64,000 nt of DNA from Eledone cirrhosa (GCA_964016885.1 OZ024751.1:28148001-28212000); one strand, 5' to 3'; numbered from the stretch's first letter, positions 44,125 to 57,037 are shown. Made by a program: numbers and translations. The notes: generated from the letters alone by a model not told the origin.

Positions 44125-44650
44125 CATTTTCTCCGTCCACCTTTTCCTGGGAGGCTCGTCAGAGAAGAGACACCTAACATGCTTTCCTTAAGGTTCTATC
44201 AGATGCAACCGTCTGCAAATGATTCGGCTGGAAACCCAAGTGAGACCACTCGAGATTTTGGACGTTGTACAACCATCTTGATCGTGGCTTACCTAATGGT
44301 CTCCTGTCGGTTGGTTTTGTTCGTAAAATCTGTTCGGCGATTTTTTCCTTAGACATTCTAACCCTATGTCCTTGGTACTGGAGCTGTGATGTGGTCTCTC
44401 ATTCGGGGAAGTATTCCCTGATCTCTAATCTACGCATTCTATTTAGTAACGTTATTCCAAAGACTCTTCGTAGAGGAACCCCATTTTGTACACACGTATT
44501 CCTAATCGTATTCTTTCAACCATTACCCAAGATTCATGACCATAGATGAAGGTAGGCATTAAGAACGAATTGAAGCTAGCGAGTTTGGCTTTTCTACCTA
44601 CCCCTTTTCTTCTGACATCAGAATTCTGAAGCTGGCAAATTACTGCACCA
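44125..44650 (-). mobile_element. RTE-clade (Rex3/Expander-like) LINE 3' end, decayed
   Basis: KAKLASFNSFLMPTFIYGHESWVMVER...GHRVRM...KPTDRRPLGKPRSRW...LEWSHLG. Confidence 0.85.
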
Positions 44651-45181
44651 TATCTAGCAAGTCTCTGCAGAGGGTTAGAGAGAAAACTAACAACAACAAC
44701 CATTAAACATCTGGAACTATAGAAGGTGTTTGGGAGGGAAATCTGCAGCTGTGTACACATATGTAGGCAAATCTAAATAGACAGTATTTATATTGGAGTG
44801 TGCACAGAGTAACGTTGTCATGTGTCCCTTTGTGTCTGTTTACAGTGTGGACAATGGAAAAAAAAACCTATGTTGTTTGTATAGAAGAGGATATTTTCTG
44901 TAAACCCATGGAGGTAATATGTTTGGAACTGTTTAGATTAAATAAGGGAAAATATAAAAATGTCACAATGTGGTGAATTGTCAGAGAAGTTAAGGACTCG
45001 AATTGTCGTCATGGTTAACTGTACCTGTTATCTTGTCGGGTCGATAAGTAATTCACAAGATATTAGCAATTGGAAAGACCAATAGAAACATTGGTTCCTC
45101 GATCCGATTCAACGAACTCCATCCCACTTCTTAAGCGAATGAGATCTGGGATCTTGTCAATCGACTGTCGACTGTCGACTG

Positions 45182-45249
<68 letters not shown>

Positions 45250-45401
45250 CAGAATGGATATTCAATTTGTTGGTAATTCAACAAATATAAATGTTTATAA
45301 CTGATTTAAAGCACTTGATAAGTTTTCTGGAGTATAATATTCAATGATATTAAATAAATGGAAACTATATTTATAAAACCATATTTATTCTATTATATAT
45401 A

Positions 45402-45890
45402 CTAGCAGAAAAACCACCCTTCAGGTGGTTTTCTACTAGCATGTGTAGTGTGTATATTGATATTATACATAAATTTATATGCATGTAAATATGATACATC
45501 AAATAAAATCGTAATTGACAATAAACACAGAAATTGAACGAAGTCTATGTTACACTGTCTTCTGTAATCAGTAACGTAATCCAGGATATATTTTAAAAAA
45601 GACGACATTATATATAAACTGCATTAGGAGAAAATTAGCGACGGAAATATATGCGATTATAAGTGTTATAATATAACGGCCGCTAACAGGAAGTGTTGAC
45701 ATTTGATAATTTTAAAGAAGTGAATTTTAAAGATTAAGCTATAAAATATATTTAATCAACAGCCACGAAATTTATCACATAAATTATGTAATATTCATTC
45801 ATTATTTATTCAAAGTAATCCAACTTATTTTACAAACGGGGTAAAAAAATATATTCTGGACGCAATCCCACAGACCTTTCTTTATTATAG
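45402..45890 (-). mobile_element. Non-autonomous Helitron-like element
   Basis: Minus-strand 3' end has hairpin AGAAAACCACC-TGAAG-GGTGGTTTTTCT then GCTAG|T. The other end is CTATAATAAAGAAAGG. It interrupts the otherwise contiguous P1 repeat. Confidence 0.65.
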
Positions 45891-45934
45891 GGTACCAAAA
45901 CTTTGGTACGCTCTCATCAGATAAAAAGAGCCGA

Positions 45935-46290
45935 CAGAAAAAACAATTTTGATATCACTATGGGATCATCTGACTCGGCGCAAGTAACGGACCTCGTTGG
46001 ATTATTTATTAATAATGTACTGCATAGAAAAATGCCAGAGATGACCGGAGGTTTATGTCGCGACGAAATGTTACTTTTAATTAAAAACCATAACAATAGT
46101 GAAATTAATAGGAAAAAGAAATCCGTAATACAATCTTTCAACAACTACAACCTTAATTTAGAAATCGAGAATAATTACAAAATCGTAAACTTCCTAGATG
46201 TAACCTTAAACCTTAGCTCAGGTTTTTACTATCCATTCCATAAAATTAACGAAAATCTAAATTACGTAAGTTTCAATTCTAATCATCCTA
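45935..46290 (+). pseudogene. Penelope-like (Neptune-type) reverse transcriptase fragment
   Basis: FDITMGSSDSAQVTDLVGLFI...GLCRDE (canonical GLYRDD)...VNFLDVTLNL...Y.PFHK.N....YV...SNHP. Confidence 0.9.
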
Positions 46291-47209
46291 ATTTTCCTCT
46301 TTTTTGATCTTCAAACTTTTCACACATCTTTCCACTTAAATAACATTTAATTGAAATTCTCATCCTTGAAAAAAAAATTAATCTCACGAAATAATATATA
46401 ATTTTCTCTACATACTTTCTGAGTAAATCATTCATCAAATTTAACGGTTAGCAAATAAGATTGGAGTTATCTTTTCCTTTACAATTGAGCAAACATACAT
46501 ATGACAACTTGTATGATAAACTATATAACTTCGCTAAATTAACAATATTCTGAAAACATTTTCAATGTTGGAACAAAATATTTGAATCTACAAATCTTAC
46601 AACTGAAACTACGTCTTTTTCTTAAATTTTTTTTTACGTAAAATGCAAAATTAAACATCCTTCGTAACTCATATGAGAAATGTAAACGACTAGTAATTGT
46701 GATTTATTTCTATAAAATCACCAATAATACTTATACTTGCACAATTATTAATCTATATAGATATGTATATAATTGCAACCTGTTGTAATGTAATAAGATA
46801 AAATGTACTTACAACCATAATTCTTCATATAATCTAATTGATTATATATACAATATTATAATTCATAATATAGCTAAATAATTTCTTTTAAATTCTTGAA
46901 TCATATTCCACCATTCCTACAAACTGTTAATTCCTTTTAAATTCACGTAAATACAAGCTCTTCTTTCTTTCTCTTTCTTCTTCGTACACACACATACATA
47001 TATCTTAATAATTATTTAAATCTACATAGCGTCTAAAAATAACATTTTTTTCAGCCCTATACCTCAACCTCATTTGCATACTCATCTTAATAATTTGAAA
47101 TATTTGACTTTTCTTCTCTTTCCCTTCTTTCCTTTACTATCCAGGAAAAACTTGAACCGTTAAGTTCTTCTTTCCTGGTGGTGTCAATATTTATAAAGCA
47201 AACTTTGTA

Positions 47210-47265
47210 TTTTATCTGATGAGTGCGTACCAAATTTTGGTACCCTTGAAATATATATAATAGAA
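47210..47265 (+). ncRNA. Minimal type-I hammerhead, family P1
   Basis: UUUUAU CUGAUGA GUGCGUACCAA-AUU-UUGGUACCCUU GAAA UAUAU AUA^ AUAGAA. Confidence 0.75.
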
Positions 47266-47327
47266 TAAAAACAGATGGCGTAGGACAGAACAAAGGAGAG
47301 GCACAAAAACAAAGAAAAGAATCCCCA

Positions 47328-47370
47328 GTCACTGATGAGGTCACAGAATGTGTGACGAAAGAACTTTGAC
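47328..47370 (+). ncRNA. Minimal hammerhead-like motif in a nested insertion
   Basis: GUCA CUGAUGA G GUCACA-GAAUG-UGUGAC GAAA GAA CUU^ UGAC. Confidence 0.6.
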
Positions 47371-47972
47371 AATATATGAACAACCGTCCGGTTGTGGAAC
47401 CAACCAACCAACCGGAAATTTATAAATTCTTAAATTTATAAATTTAACTTATAATAAATTGGAGTGAAAGCAACTGGTGCGTGTGTTTCTTATTGGCAAC
47501 ATGACCCCAAAGCATAACAAGAATAAATATGGTTTTATAAATATAGTTTTCATTTATTTAATATCATTGTATATATATACAGTATATATATATATATATA
47601 TATAAAAGAAAATTTCGCTCTACATGGCTTTTATATTTCCTTTTATATTTGAATTTGGCAAAGCCGGCCATTTATTGCTCGTATACAGGAAACTGACTGG
47701 CCACTCTGCTGATATGCAAATCTGGCTGATCAGTGGATCTGCTAATATGCAGATCTGACTGATCAGCCAGTCTGCTAATATGCAAATCAGGCCGATCAGT
47801 CACTGTGTATTTTTGAAAATAGCATATATTTTCTCTAGCTCTGACAAGAGCTAGATGACGATTTCATTCTACAGATTATATTTATATATATATATGACAA
47901 AAGACCAAGGTTTTAAACTTAAATTCATTCTTTAATTTCTACATCCGTTTCAATACGGTTACAATGGCTCAT

Positions 47973-48096
<124 letters not shown>

Positions 48097-48100
48097 ACAA

Positions 48101-48144
<44 letters not shown>

Positions 48145-48308
48145 GTGTGTATGTATGTATATATGTATATGCAGATATATATGTATGTATTAATAAAGAA
48201 AGGAATTTTGCTGCCTCTTGTTTTCTGGACGTATGGTCAAATTTTGGACTTTAAACATATATATTCTCGACTGTCTTCTAGTCCAGCATTCGCAAGCGGT
48301 GGTAGGGT

Positions 48309-48350
48309 CCGTCCGGAAGAAGGCCAGTCAAGCCTGAAATGTATAGACGG
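48309..48350 (+). ncRNA. Minimal hammerhead with core variant CGGAAGA
   Basis: CCGUC CGGAAGA AGGC-CAGUCAA-GCCU GAAA UGU AUA^ GACGG. Helices I and II are perfect; U4 is replaced by G. Confidence 0.65.
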
Positions 48351-48497
48351 TTGTCCCTCTTGCTTCTGCTGGACACCACCAGAGGGCGTTAGCTCTGGTG
48401 TTTGCATAGCTACGGCTTCCTAAAACCGTGTTTCTTTAGAAATACGAAATTTCTATACATATTTGTATAAATCTATGCTTGAAGCAAAACTTTATTT

Positions 48498-48560
<63 letters not shown>

Positions 48561-48675
48561 ATAACAAGATATCGTTATAGGTAATTTAGACAACTCTATC
48601 AGTGAAACAATTGTCAGACTGTAAATAATTCTCCATTTTTGTACTGTTGACCAGGTTATTCTCCACTTTTTCAAT

Positions 48676-48882
<207 letters not shown>

Positions 48883-49053
48883 TAGAACTGACAACTGAAT
48901 TAGCAGAATGTTTTTCTAAAAGGTTCTATGCAATAAAATATATACACACACACATACACAACACGTCCACATACAGACGTACACACAAACACACACATAC
49001 ATATATATATATATGTATACACGTATATATGTATATTTAAATACGTACGTATG

Positions 49054-49098
<45 letters not shown>

Positions 49099-49112
49099 AC
49101 ACACACACACAA

Positions 49113-49144
<32 letters not shown>

Positions 49145-49299
49145 GCACATGTGTATGTATATGGACAATTACAAAGACACACAAATGTCTCAACGTTATA
49201 TTTCCTGCAACAGATGGTGTGTCTAATATGTTTGGTATAATAGGAGAGCTAAGAGGGGGAAGAGGGAGAGGGAGAGGGAGGTAGAGAGATGGGAGAGGG

Positions 49300-49465
49300 A
49301 GGGAGGGAGAGAGAGAGGGAGAGGGAGAGAGAGAGAGTGAGCGAGAGACAGACAGAAACAAAGAAGGAGATAGCTAAATGGGGGAAGAGAGTGAGTGAAG
49401 GAGCGAGAGAGGCAGAGAGAGATGGAGTATTTGGTGGTGAGTAAGAAGGTGAGAGAGAAAGGGAA

Positions 49466-49530
<65 letters not shown>

Positions 49531-49651
49531 AGGTGAGAGAGAAAGGGAGAGAGAGACAGAGAGAGACAAAGGTGGAAAGAATGTTAGAGAGAGGATGAAA
49601 GAGAGCCAGACAAACAGAGAGACTATGATGGAGAGTAAGAAGGTGGAAGAG

Positions 49652-49693
<42 letters not shown>

Positions 49694-50194
49694 CGGCAAA
49701 CAGAGACAGACAGAGAGTGTATATTATGGAGAGTAAGAAGGTGAGAGATACACAGACAAATGGAGAGACAGAGAGAGACTATGATGGAAAGTAAGAAGGT
49801 GAGAGAGAAAGACAGACAAACAGACAGAGAGAGACTATGATAGAGAGTCAGGTGAGAGAGAGAGAGAGAGAGAGTCAGGAACACAGATGGAGAGAGCGAG
49901 AGAGAGAGTGAGTGAAAGAGAGACAGACAAACAGACAAACAGACAGACAAAGAGAGAGAGAGAGTGAGAGAGAGATTATGGTGGAAAGTAAGAAGGTGAG
50001 AGAGAGAGAGAGACAGACAAACAGAGGGACAGAGAGACAGAGAGAGAGATTATGGTGTTGAGTAAGAACATGAGAGAGAGAGATTATGGTGTTGAGTAAG
50101 AACATGAGAGAGAGAGACAATCAACCAGACAGACACAGAGAATGTAAAAGAGAGAGTAAAATGATCGAGAGTAAGAAGGTAGAAGAGAGAGAGA

Positions 50195-50254
<60 letters not shown>

Positions 50255-50282
50255 GGTGGAGAGTAAGAAGGTGGAAGAGAGA
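49300..50282. repeat. (GA/GACA)n array with interspersed TATGATGGAGAGTAAGAAGGT units
   Basis: About 10 degenerate copies of the unit separated by variable GA tracts. Confidence 0.85.
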
Positions 50283-50431
50283 AAGAACTTATCCAGACAA
50301 ATTACTCTATGTGATGTGTTATGGTGTCTTGTACTCGGCCTTATTACATGAATAATGCAAGATGACAATATATAACTACGACTCTCACTTTAGAACTATA
50401 TAGCAGTGTTGGAGGGGATGTATATGGAGAG

Positions 50432-50506
<75 letters not shown>

Positions 50507-50640
50507 TATATACGGGATAACAGGTTATCGTTATAGGCAGTCCATTTAGATGTAGTCCAGTTAGAGTTATCCGTGTAATGGATAGTATTAACGTGTGGCT
50601 TAGTAAAGACTCCAGTTGCATTTTCGATTTCATCTTTTTT

Positions 50641-50728
<88 letters not shown>

Positions 50729-51080
50729 ACTTAGGGTAAATATTGATGCAATTCAATTCAAGCACTCAACATACTTTTTCCCCATAGGAGTCTATATATA
50801 TATATATTTATTTATTAAAATATCATTAAAGTTTAAGCAAAGAATCGCTTAATTTGCTTTAACTTTAATCTGTTATTTTAATAAATATTTGCTCTACGGT
50901 TCTTATTTATTTGATATATATTTATCCTTATCGAGCCCTCTTTGGATTTTAGTCTTCAAATGTATTATTATTATTATATATATATAGTAAGTTATTCTGG
51001 GTTGAATCCAAGGTAACCACAGTACATGTGGTTACCTAGGTACTCAATACATAGCAGAGTTCTAGTCCTGTAGAATCTCA

Positions 51081-51391
<311 letters not shown>

Positions 51392-51458
51392 GCATTACTG
51401 CCAATATTGGAATTGAACCATCAAGACCGATGAGGTATGTCATACGTCAATTCATGTA

Positions 51459-51520
51459 TTTTATCTGACGAGGACGTACTGAAAAAACACCACTGTACAT
51501 TCGAAATATATATAATAAAA
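51459..51520 (+). ncRNA. Minimal type-I hammerhead (P1-related)
   Basis: UUUUAU CUGACGA GGACGUAC-loop-GUACAUUC GAAA UAUAU AUA^ AUAAAA. Confidence 0.8.
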
Positions 51521-51569
51521 CATATATTTTGATCATGTGAGTGTCTTCATTTATTATTATTCTGAATAA

Positions 51570-51658
<89 letters not shown>

Positions 51659-51701
51659 TAATAAACGGAATATATAAAACTATATCATCATTATTTATTT
51701 C

Positions 51702-51753
<52 letters not shown>

Positions 51754-51907
51754 TGTATAGAGGTGTATGTATATGAGTATAGCAGTGTATATATAGTTAT
51801 ATAGATGTGTATATAGAGGTGCATGGAGGTGTATATATAATTGTATAGAGGAAGTCAACGTGTAGGAAAGATCTATCTATCCATCAATCTATCTCTCTAT
51901 CTATAAA

Positions 51908-52450
51908 ATGGGTGCCTGGCACCTCGAGTGCCTACAGGCGCTCACAGCCCTCTACCAAGCGGAAACGGCAATCAGCGGAGACTCCACTTCGACATTCTAT
52001 AGTGGATTAGTGGAGGATAAGTGCGACGACGTTCTTGGGGAAACTCCAGGCCTCGAGGAGGACGAACTGACCAGTCTGTTCGGGGGGACTTTCCGTCCAG
52101 GGCCTATGGATAACTTCCAGAAGTCTCTGGCCTGGCAGTGCTACCGAGGAGCTCTACCAGTTCGAGACAAAATCTACAGGCACAGACGCCCTGGCAGAGA
52201 TCCTGCCAAAAGGACCTGTCCAAGATGCGAGCAGGACATCGAAACCGTTCTGCGCGCAATTGTTCAGTGCCCAGGGGTGGCCGACCTGTGGAATTATGTC
52301 GAACAGCTGCTGTCACGTGTGGGACGCATCCAGTTGTCAGCCGAGTCCATCGTGAGGATCACCCCGCCGCCTTCATTTAAGAACGAAGGAGAGGAGATTT
52401 TCCTCTGTCTGGTGGCGAAAGAGGTAATATGGTGGACGAGGTTAAAAGGA
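51908..52450 (+). mobile_element. L1/Tx1-clade ORF2 C-terminal fragment
   Basis: WHLECLQAL...DNFQKSLAWQCYRGALPVRDK...TCPRCEQDIETVLRAIVQC...KEVIWWTR. Confidence 0.9.
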
Positions 52451-53172
52451 CAAGTGTGATTAGTTGAGAGAATATATTCTCTCAACTAATCACACTTGAT
52501 CATATTTCTCTATCCCGTTTTCTCCCCCCATAATTATTATATTTTTATTATTATTTGAAAAAATCGGTTTTTTTACATTGTGTTTTCCCCTCCAAATATT
52601 CGCTTATATTTCTTTATATATTCTCTATATATTTTTTTAAATCTTTATTATTTCCACTTTTATCCTCCTTTATATTTTACCTTATTCTTACCTTTACACC
52701 TTATTATAGTGTAATCTTCCCCATGCCTTATTATACACTATTAATTATAGATTATTATTATTACTCTTTTTCCATTTCTAATTACCTTATGTACTTTCTC
52801 CTCCGCTATATATATATATATATTGTACGCCCTTTGTGTTTGTGTAGCCTCTGCGCACCCTCTGCACCATACTATCGACTTCACCCCATCTATGGTTCAG
52901 CTAACCACCCGACTCCCGGGAATGAATATGACCGCAGCTAGTAAACAAGGACCCACACCCCACCCTCCCGCACCAAAATTAGACTTATCGTCCCCTACTT
53001 TTGCTCTTTACTCTCTTTACTCTTTGTTCTTGAATGTTTGGTTGGTAGAGTCCATAAAACCAATCAAACCCCTTTTATAGCTCTGACGAATCCTACGGTT
53101 ACGTAAGGAAGAAACATTGTAAGCCAATAAAAATCTTTTGATGTTGTAGACGCTCTTGTGTTCTTTTTCATA
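52451..53172 (+). mobile_element. Non-coding Penelope-like 3' region with 5' hairpin and terminal hammerhead
   Basis: Begins with a perfect palindrome 52451-52498. The body resembles the reverse complement of 13030-13500. Ends with a hammerhead, AATAAA and (TA)n. Confidence 0.6.
53080..53124 (+). ncRNA. Minimal type-I hammerhead ribozyme
   Basis: GCU CUGACGA AUCCUACG-GUUA-CGUAAGGAA GAAAC AUU GUA^ AGC, followed by CAATAAAA. Confidence 0.75.
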
Positions 53173-53264
53173 TATATATATATAAATCTATAATAATGAG
53201 TTCAAATCTCAGGCAGTCTTTTACAATGAAATAGCTCCAAGAAAGAGTATTTCTGAGCCGTGTA

Positions 53265-53537
53265 ATACAGGTTAATATAAATTAATATATTTGATAAACA
53301 CAAATACCGACATATTCATGTTTGTATTGTAAATGACCAAGTTAGCTAGATTGAAATATACTAATAATAATAATATTACAGTTTGCCTATCTTGTTGATT
53401 TATTATCTTAAGTCAAGATAGGCAAACTGTAATATTATTATTATTAGTATATTTCAATCTAGCTAACTTGGTCATTTACAATACAAACATGAATATGTCG
53501 GTATTTGTGTTTATCAAATATATTAATTTATATTAAC

Positions 53538-53543
<6 letters not shown>
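53265..53543. repeat. Perfect 130-bp-arm inverted duplication abutting (TA)n
   Basis: Arms 53265-53394 and 53414-53543 with a 19-nt spacer. Confidence 0.95.
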
Positions 53544-53594
<51 letters not shown>

Positions 53595-53640
53595 CATATA
53601 TATATAAGATCAAAAGATGGTTAAAAGAGTTCCAAGTATA

Positions 53641-53703
53641 TTATTATGCGCATTTCAAAAACAAATATCATCATGGGATGATATCTGCGTTTTCATCAGA
53701 TAA
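53641..53703 (-). ncRNA. Minimal type-I hammerhead ribozyme between short inverted repeats (53603-53625 / 53778-53800)
   Basis: Minus strand: UUAU CUGAUGA AAACGCAGAUAUCAUC-CCAU-GAUGAUAUUUGUUUUU GAAA UGCGC AUA^ AUAA. Loop III is palindromic (AUGCGCAU). Confidence 0.8.
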
Positions 53704-53886
53704 AATAGGGATACATGATATGAAGCTTAAAAAACACTTGTGAATAGTGAAGTTTTAAATCAACATATGAAAAATAATTTAACCATCTTTTGTTCTTATA
53801 TTATTTATACTCCAGTCCTACAAACTGTAGAGTGCTACTTATCCGATATTTGCATTGCTTTATTGTGCTACAATAAAACTCACCTC

Positions 53887-53985
<99 letters not shown>

Positions 53986-54235
53986 GTATATTGTGAGAAA
54001 CTGTAGAGGTAGGCCTTATGGAAGCAAAGAAAGGGATTGGTGCTGTATGGTGGTGGTGGTGGTGGTGGTGGTGTTGTTGGTGGTGGTCGCAGTGGTGGTG
54101 GTGGTGGTGGTGGTGGTGGTGGTGGTGGTGGTGGTCGCAGTGGTGGGGGTTGAGAGAAATTTACACACATTTCAATGTTGCTGCTGTTAATGCCTTCTTA
54201 ATGTGGCACACAGAGAACAATTCAATTAAGACCAA

Positions 54236-54856
54236 CACCAGCCAAGCAACATCAGCAGCAACAGTAACAGCAACATCAGCAGTAACAGCAGCAGCAACAG
54301 TAGCAGCAACATCAGCCAAGCAACATCAGCAGTAACAGCAGCAGCAACAGTAGCAGCAACAGTAGCAGCAACAGCAGCAGCAACATCAGCAGCAACAGTA
54401 GCAGCAACATCAGCAGCAACAGTAACAGCAACATCAGCAGTAACAGCAGCAGCAACAGTAGCAGCAACACCAGCCAAGCAACATCAGCAGTAACAGCAGC
54501 AGCAACAGTAGCAGCAACAGTAGCAGCAACAGCAGCAGCAACAGCAGCAGCAACAGTAGCAGCAACATCAGCAGCAACAGTAGCAGCAATAGCAGCAGCA
54601 ACAGTAGCAGTAACAGTAGCAACAACAGCAGCAGCAGCAACAGTAGCAGTAACAGTAGCAACAACAGCAGCAGCAACAGTAGCAGTAACAGTAGCAGCAA
54701 CAGTAGCAGCAATAGCAGCAGCAACAGTAGCAGTAACAGTAGCAACAACAGCAGCAGCAACAGTAGCAGTAACAGTAGCAGCAACAGTAGTAGCAACAGC
54801 AGCAGCAACATCAGCAGCAACATCAGAAGCAACAGCAGCAGCAACAGCAGCAGCAG
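54236..54856. repeat. (CAG/CAA/TAG)n trinucleotide array
   Basis: CAGCAACAGTAG-type units. The poly-Q frame is broken by TAG/TAA. Confidence 0.9.
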
Positions 54857-55023
54857 TACATACAAAGAGAGGCTCTCTATTCTATGGTCTTTCCCACTGC
54901 GGATGTGAAAACACAATGTTATATAGAGTTACCTTTTAATCGATTTATACATACATACATACATGTATATATGTATATATATATAAATATATATATATAT
55001 GTATATATATATATATCTATACA

Positions 55024-55151
<128 letters not shown>

Positions 55152-55168
55152 TGTATGTATACATATAT

Positions 55169-55223
<55 letters not shown>

Positions 55224-55270
55224 TGTATTCACAAGTTTTCTCTGTTTCTCTCCCTTTCTTTACGCGTCCC

Positions 55271-55363
<93 letters not shown>

Positions 55364-55496
55364 CATACATACATACGTATATACATACATACATGCATAA
55401 ATACTTACATACATACGTATATATATATACATACATACATACTAATTAGGATTCGTTCGAGATATGTCGCGACGCTGGTCGTGTTAGGTGCAATAG

Positions 55497-55797
55497 ACGG
55501 ATGAATGTATGTATGGATGGACAAATGGATGTATGGATGGACAAATGGATGTATGGATGGACAAATGGATGTATGGGTGGACAAATGGATGTATGGATGG
55601 ACAAATGGATGTATGGATGGACAAATGTATGTATGGATGGACAAATGAATGTATGGATGGACAAATGTATGTATGGGTGGACAAATGGATGTATGGATGG
55701 ACAAATGGATGTATGGATGTATGGATGGAGAAATGTATGTATGGATGGACAAATGGATGTATGGATGGACAAATGGATGTATGGATGGACAAATGGA
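55497..55797. repeat. 20-bp minisatellite ATGGATGGACAAATGGATGT
   Basis: About 15 tandem units. Confidence 0.95.
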
Positions 55798-56063
55798 CGG
55801 GTGATTATATGGCTGGCTGGTTGAATGGTCGGTTAGTTAAGTGGTTAGGTGGGATGTATGCATTGTTTCTATAGCCTGGGTATAACTGCTAATACACTTG
55901 GGTACATGTATATTAAATAGGGAAGAGATGGCTTGAGACAACAGAGAGCGTGCCTCTCACATTAATGTTTCTCAAAGGTTTTAACCCGTGTGTGTATATC
56001 TAACTATCTACCAACCAACCAATCTACATACCTACCTACCCTACTTATCTATCTATATATCTT

Positions 56064-56131
<68 letters not shown>

Positions 56132-56142
56132 ACTATTTATTT

Positions 56143-56234
56143 GCGTTTGCCGCTCGACCTTTCAGGGAGAGTTTGCACTCAACCCACTTCTGGGTGAGTG
56201 GAAACACCTTCGCCGTGACCTCATTCCAGTTCTT
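56143..56234 (-). mobile_element. Short Tx1 ORF2 fragment
   Basis: KNWNEVTAKVFPLTQKWVECKLSLKGRAA, homologous to 37900-37990. Confidence 0.85.
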
Positions 56235-56749
56235 TATACCTGAAAATCGAAGATTCGATCTTGTCAGATATTCTGACACACAAAACATTGCTTAAGAATT
56301 ATGTTAAGGGAACATGTCTGTAAAAAATAATCATCTACTTCTTACAAGTAAACTGACAAATCGGGTGTTTAGTTGATAGAAAAAACGACTGAATGTTCAG
56401 TGCCGCAACCGACGGAGGATCACTGATCAACAGGTAATGTGAGGAAGAAATCTGATCTGCCAGATAGATGGCGCAGTTGACAGTTTATTGACCTGTAGGT
56501 TGTTATTGTTGGTAAGTAAATTTAGTCTACTGTGCAGGACTTGGGAAGATTTATGAGGGAGGGACTATCAAATATCACACACGCACAACCTGTTTCCTGT
56601 ATATGGCATACTTATGTCTGGTGTGGTCTGCTCTCGCTTAAGTCTCGTTAAGTCTCGTTAAATCTCGTGTAGTCTGGGAAGACATTTTAATATATTTCTC
56701 TGTCTAATATCGTCTGGATAAGAACCACAACACTTTAGGCTTATATCTC

Positions 56750-56834
<85 letters not shown>

Positions 56835-56940
56835 CTACATTTATATATCTGTCTATCTATATTTATATCTACCTACCGAGCTAAAAACCAACCATCCAAC
56901 CATCCAACCTACCTACCTACACACATACAAACATACATAC

Positions 56941-57013
<73 letters not shown>

Positions 57014-57037
57014 GACATACACTCATTAACACACACC

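Larger units (their letters stand above)
45246..47570 (+). mobile_element. 5'-truncated Penelope-like element with inverted 5' terminal repeat (family P1)
   Basis: Inverted terminal repeat 45246-45926 (interrupted by a Helitron), RT fragment, ~0.9 kb non-coding region, then 3' terminal repeat with hammerhead, split by an insertion at ~47270-47520. Confidence 0.8.

Noticed and set aside
54226-54860. Poly-Q or Ala-Ala-Thr antifreeze/mucin-like coding repeat
   Set aside because: The Q frame has many stops, the AAT frame is shifted repeatedly, and no exon boundaries are evident.
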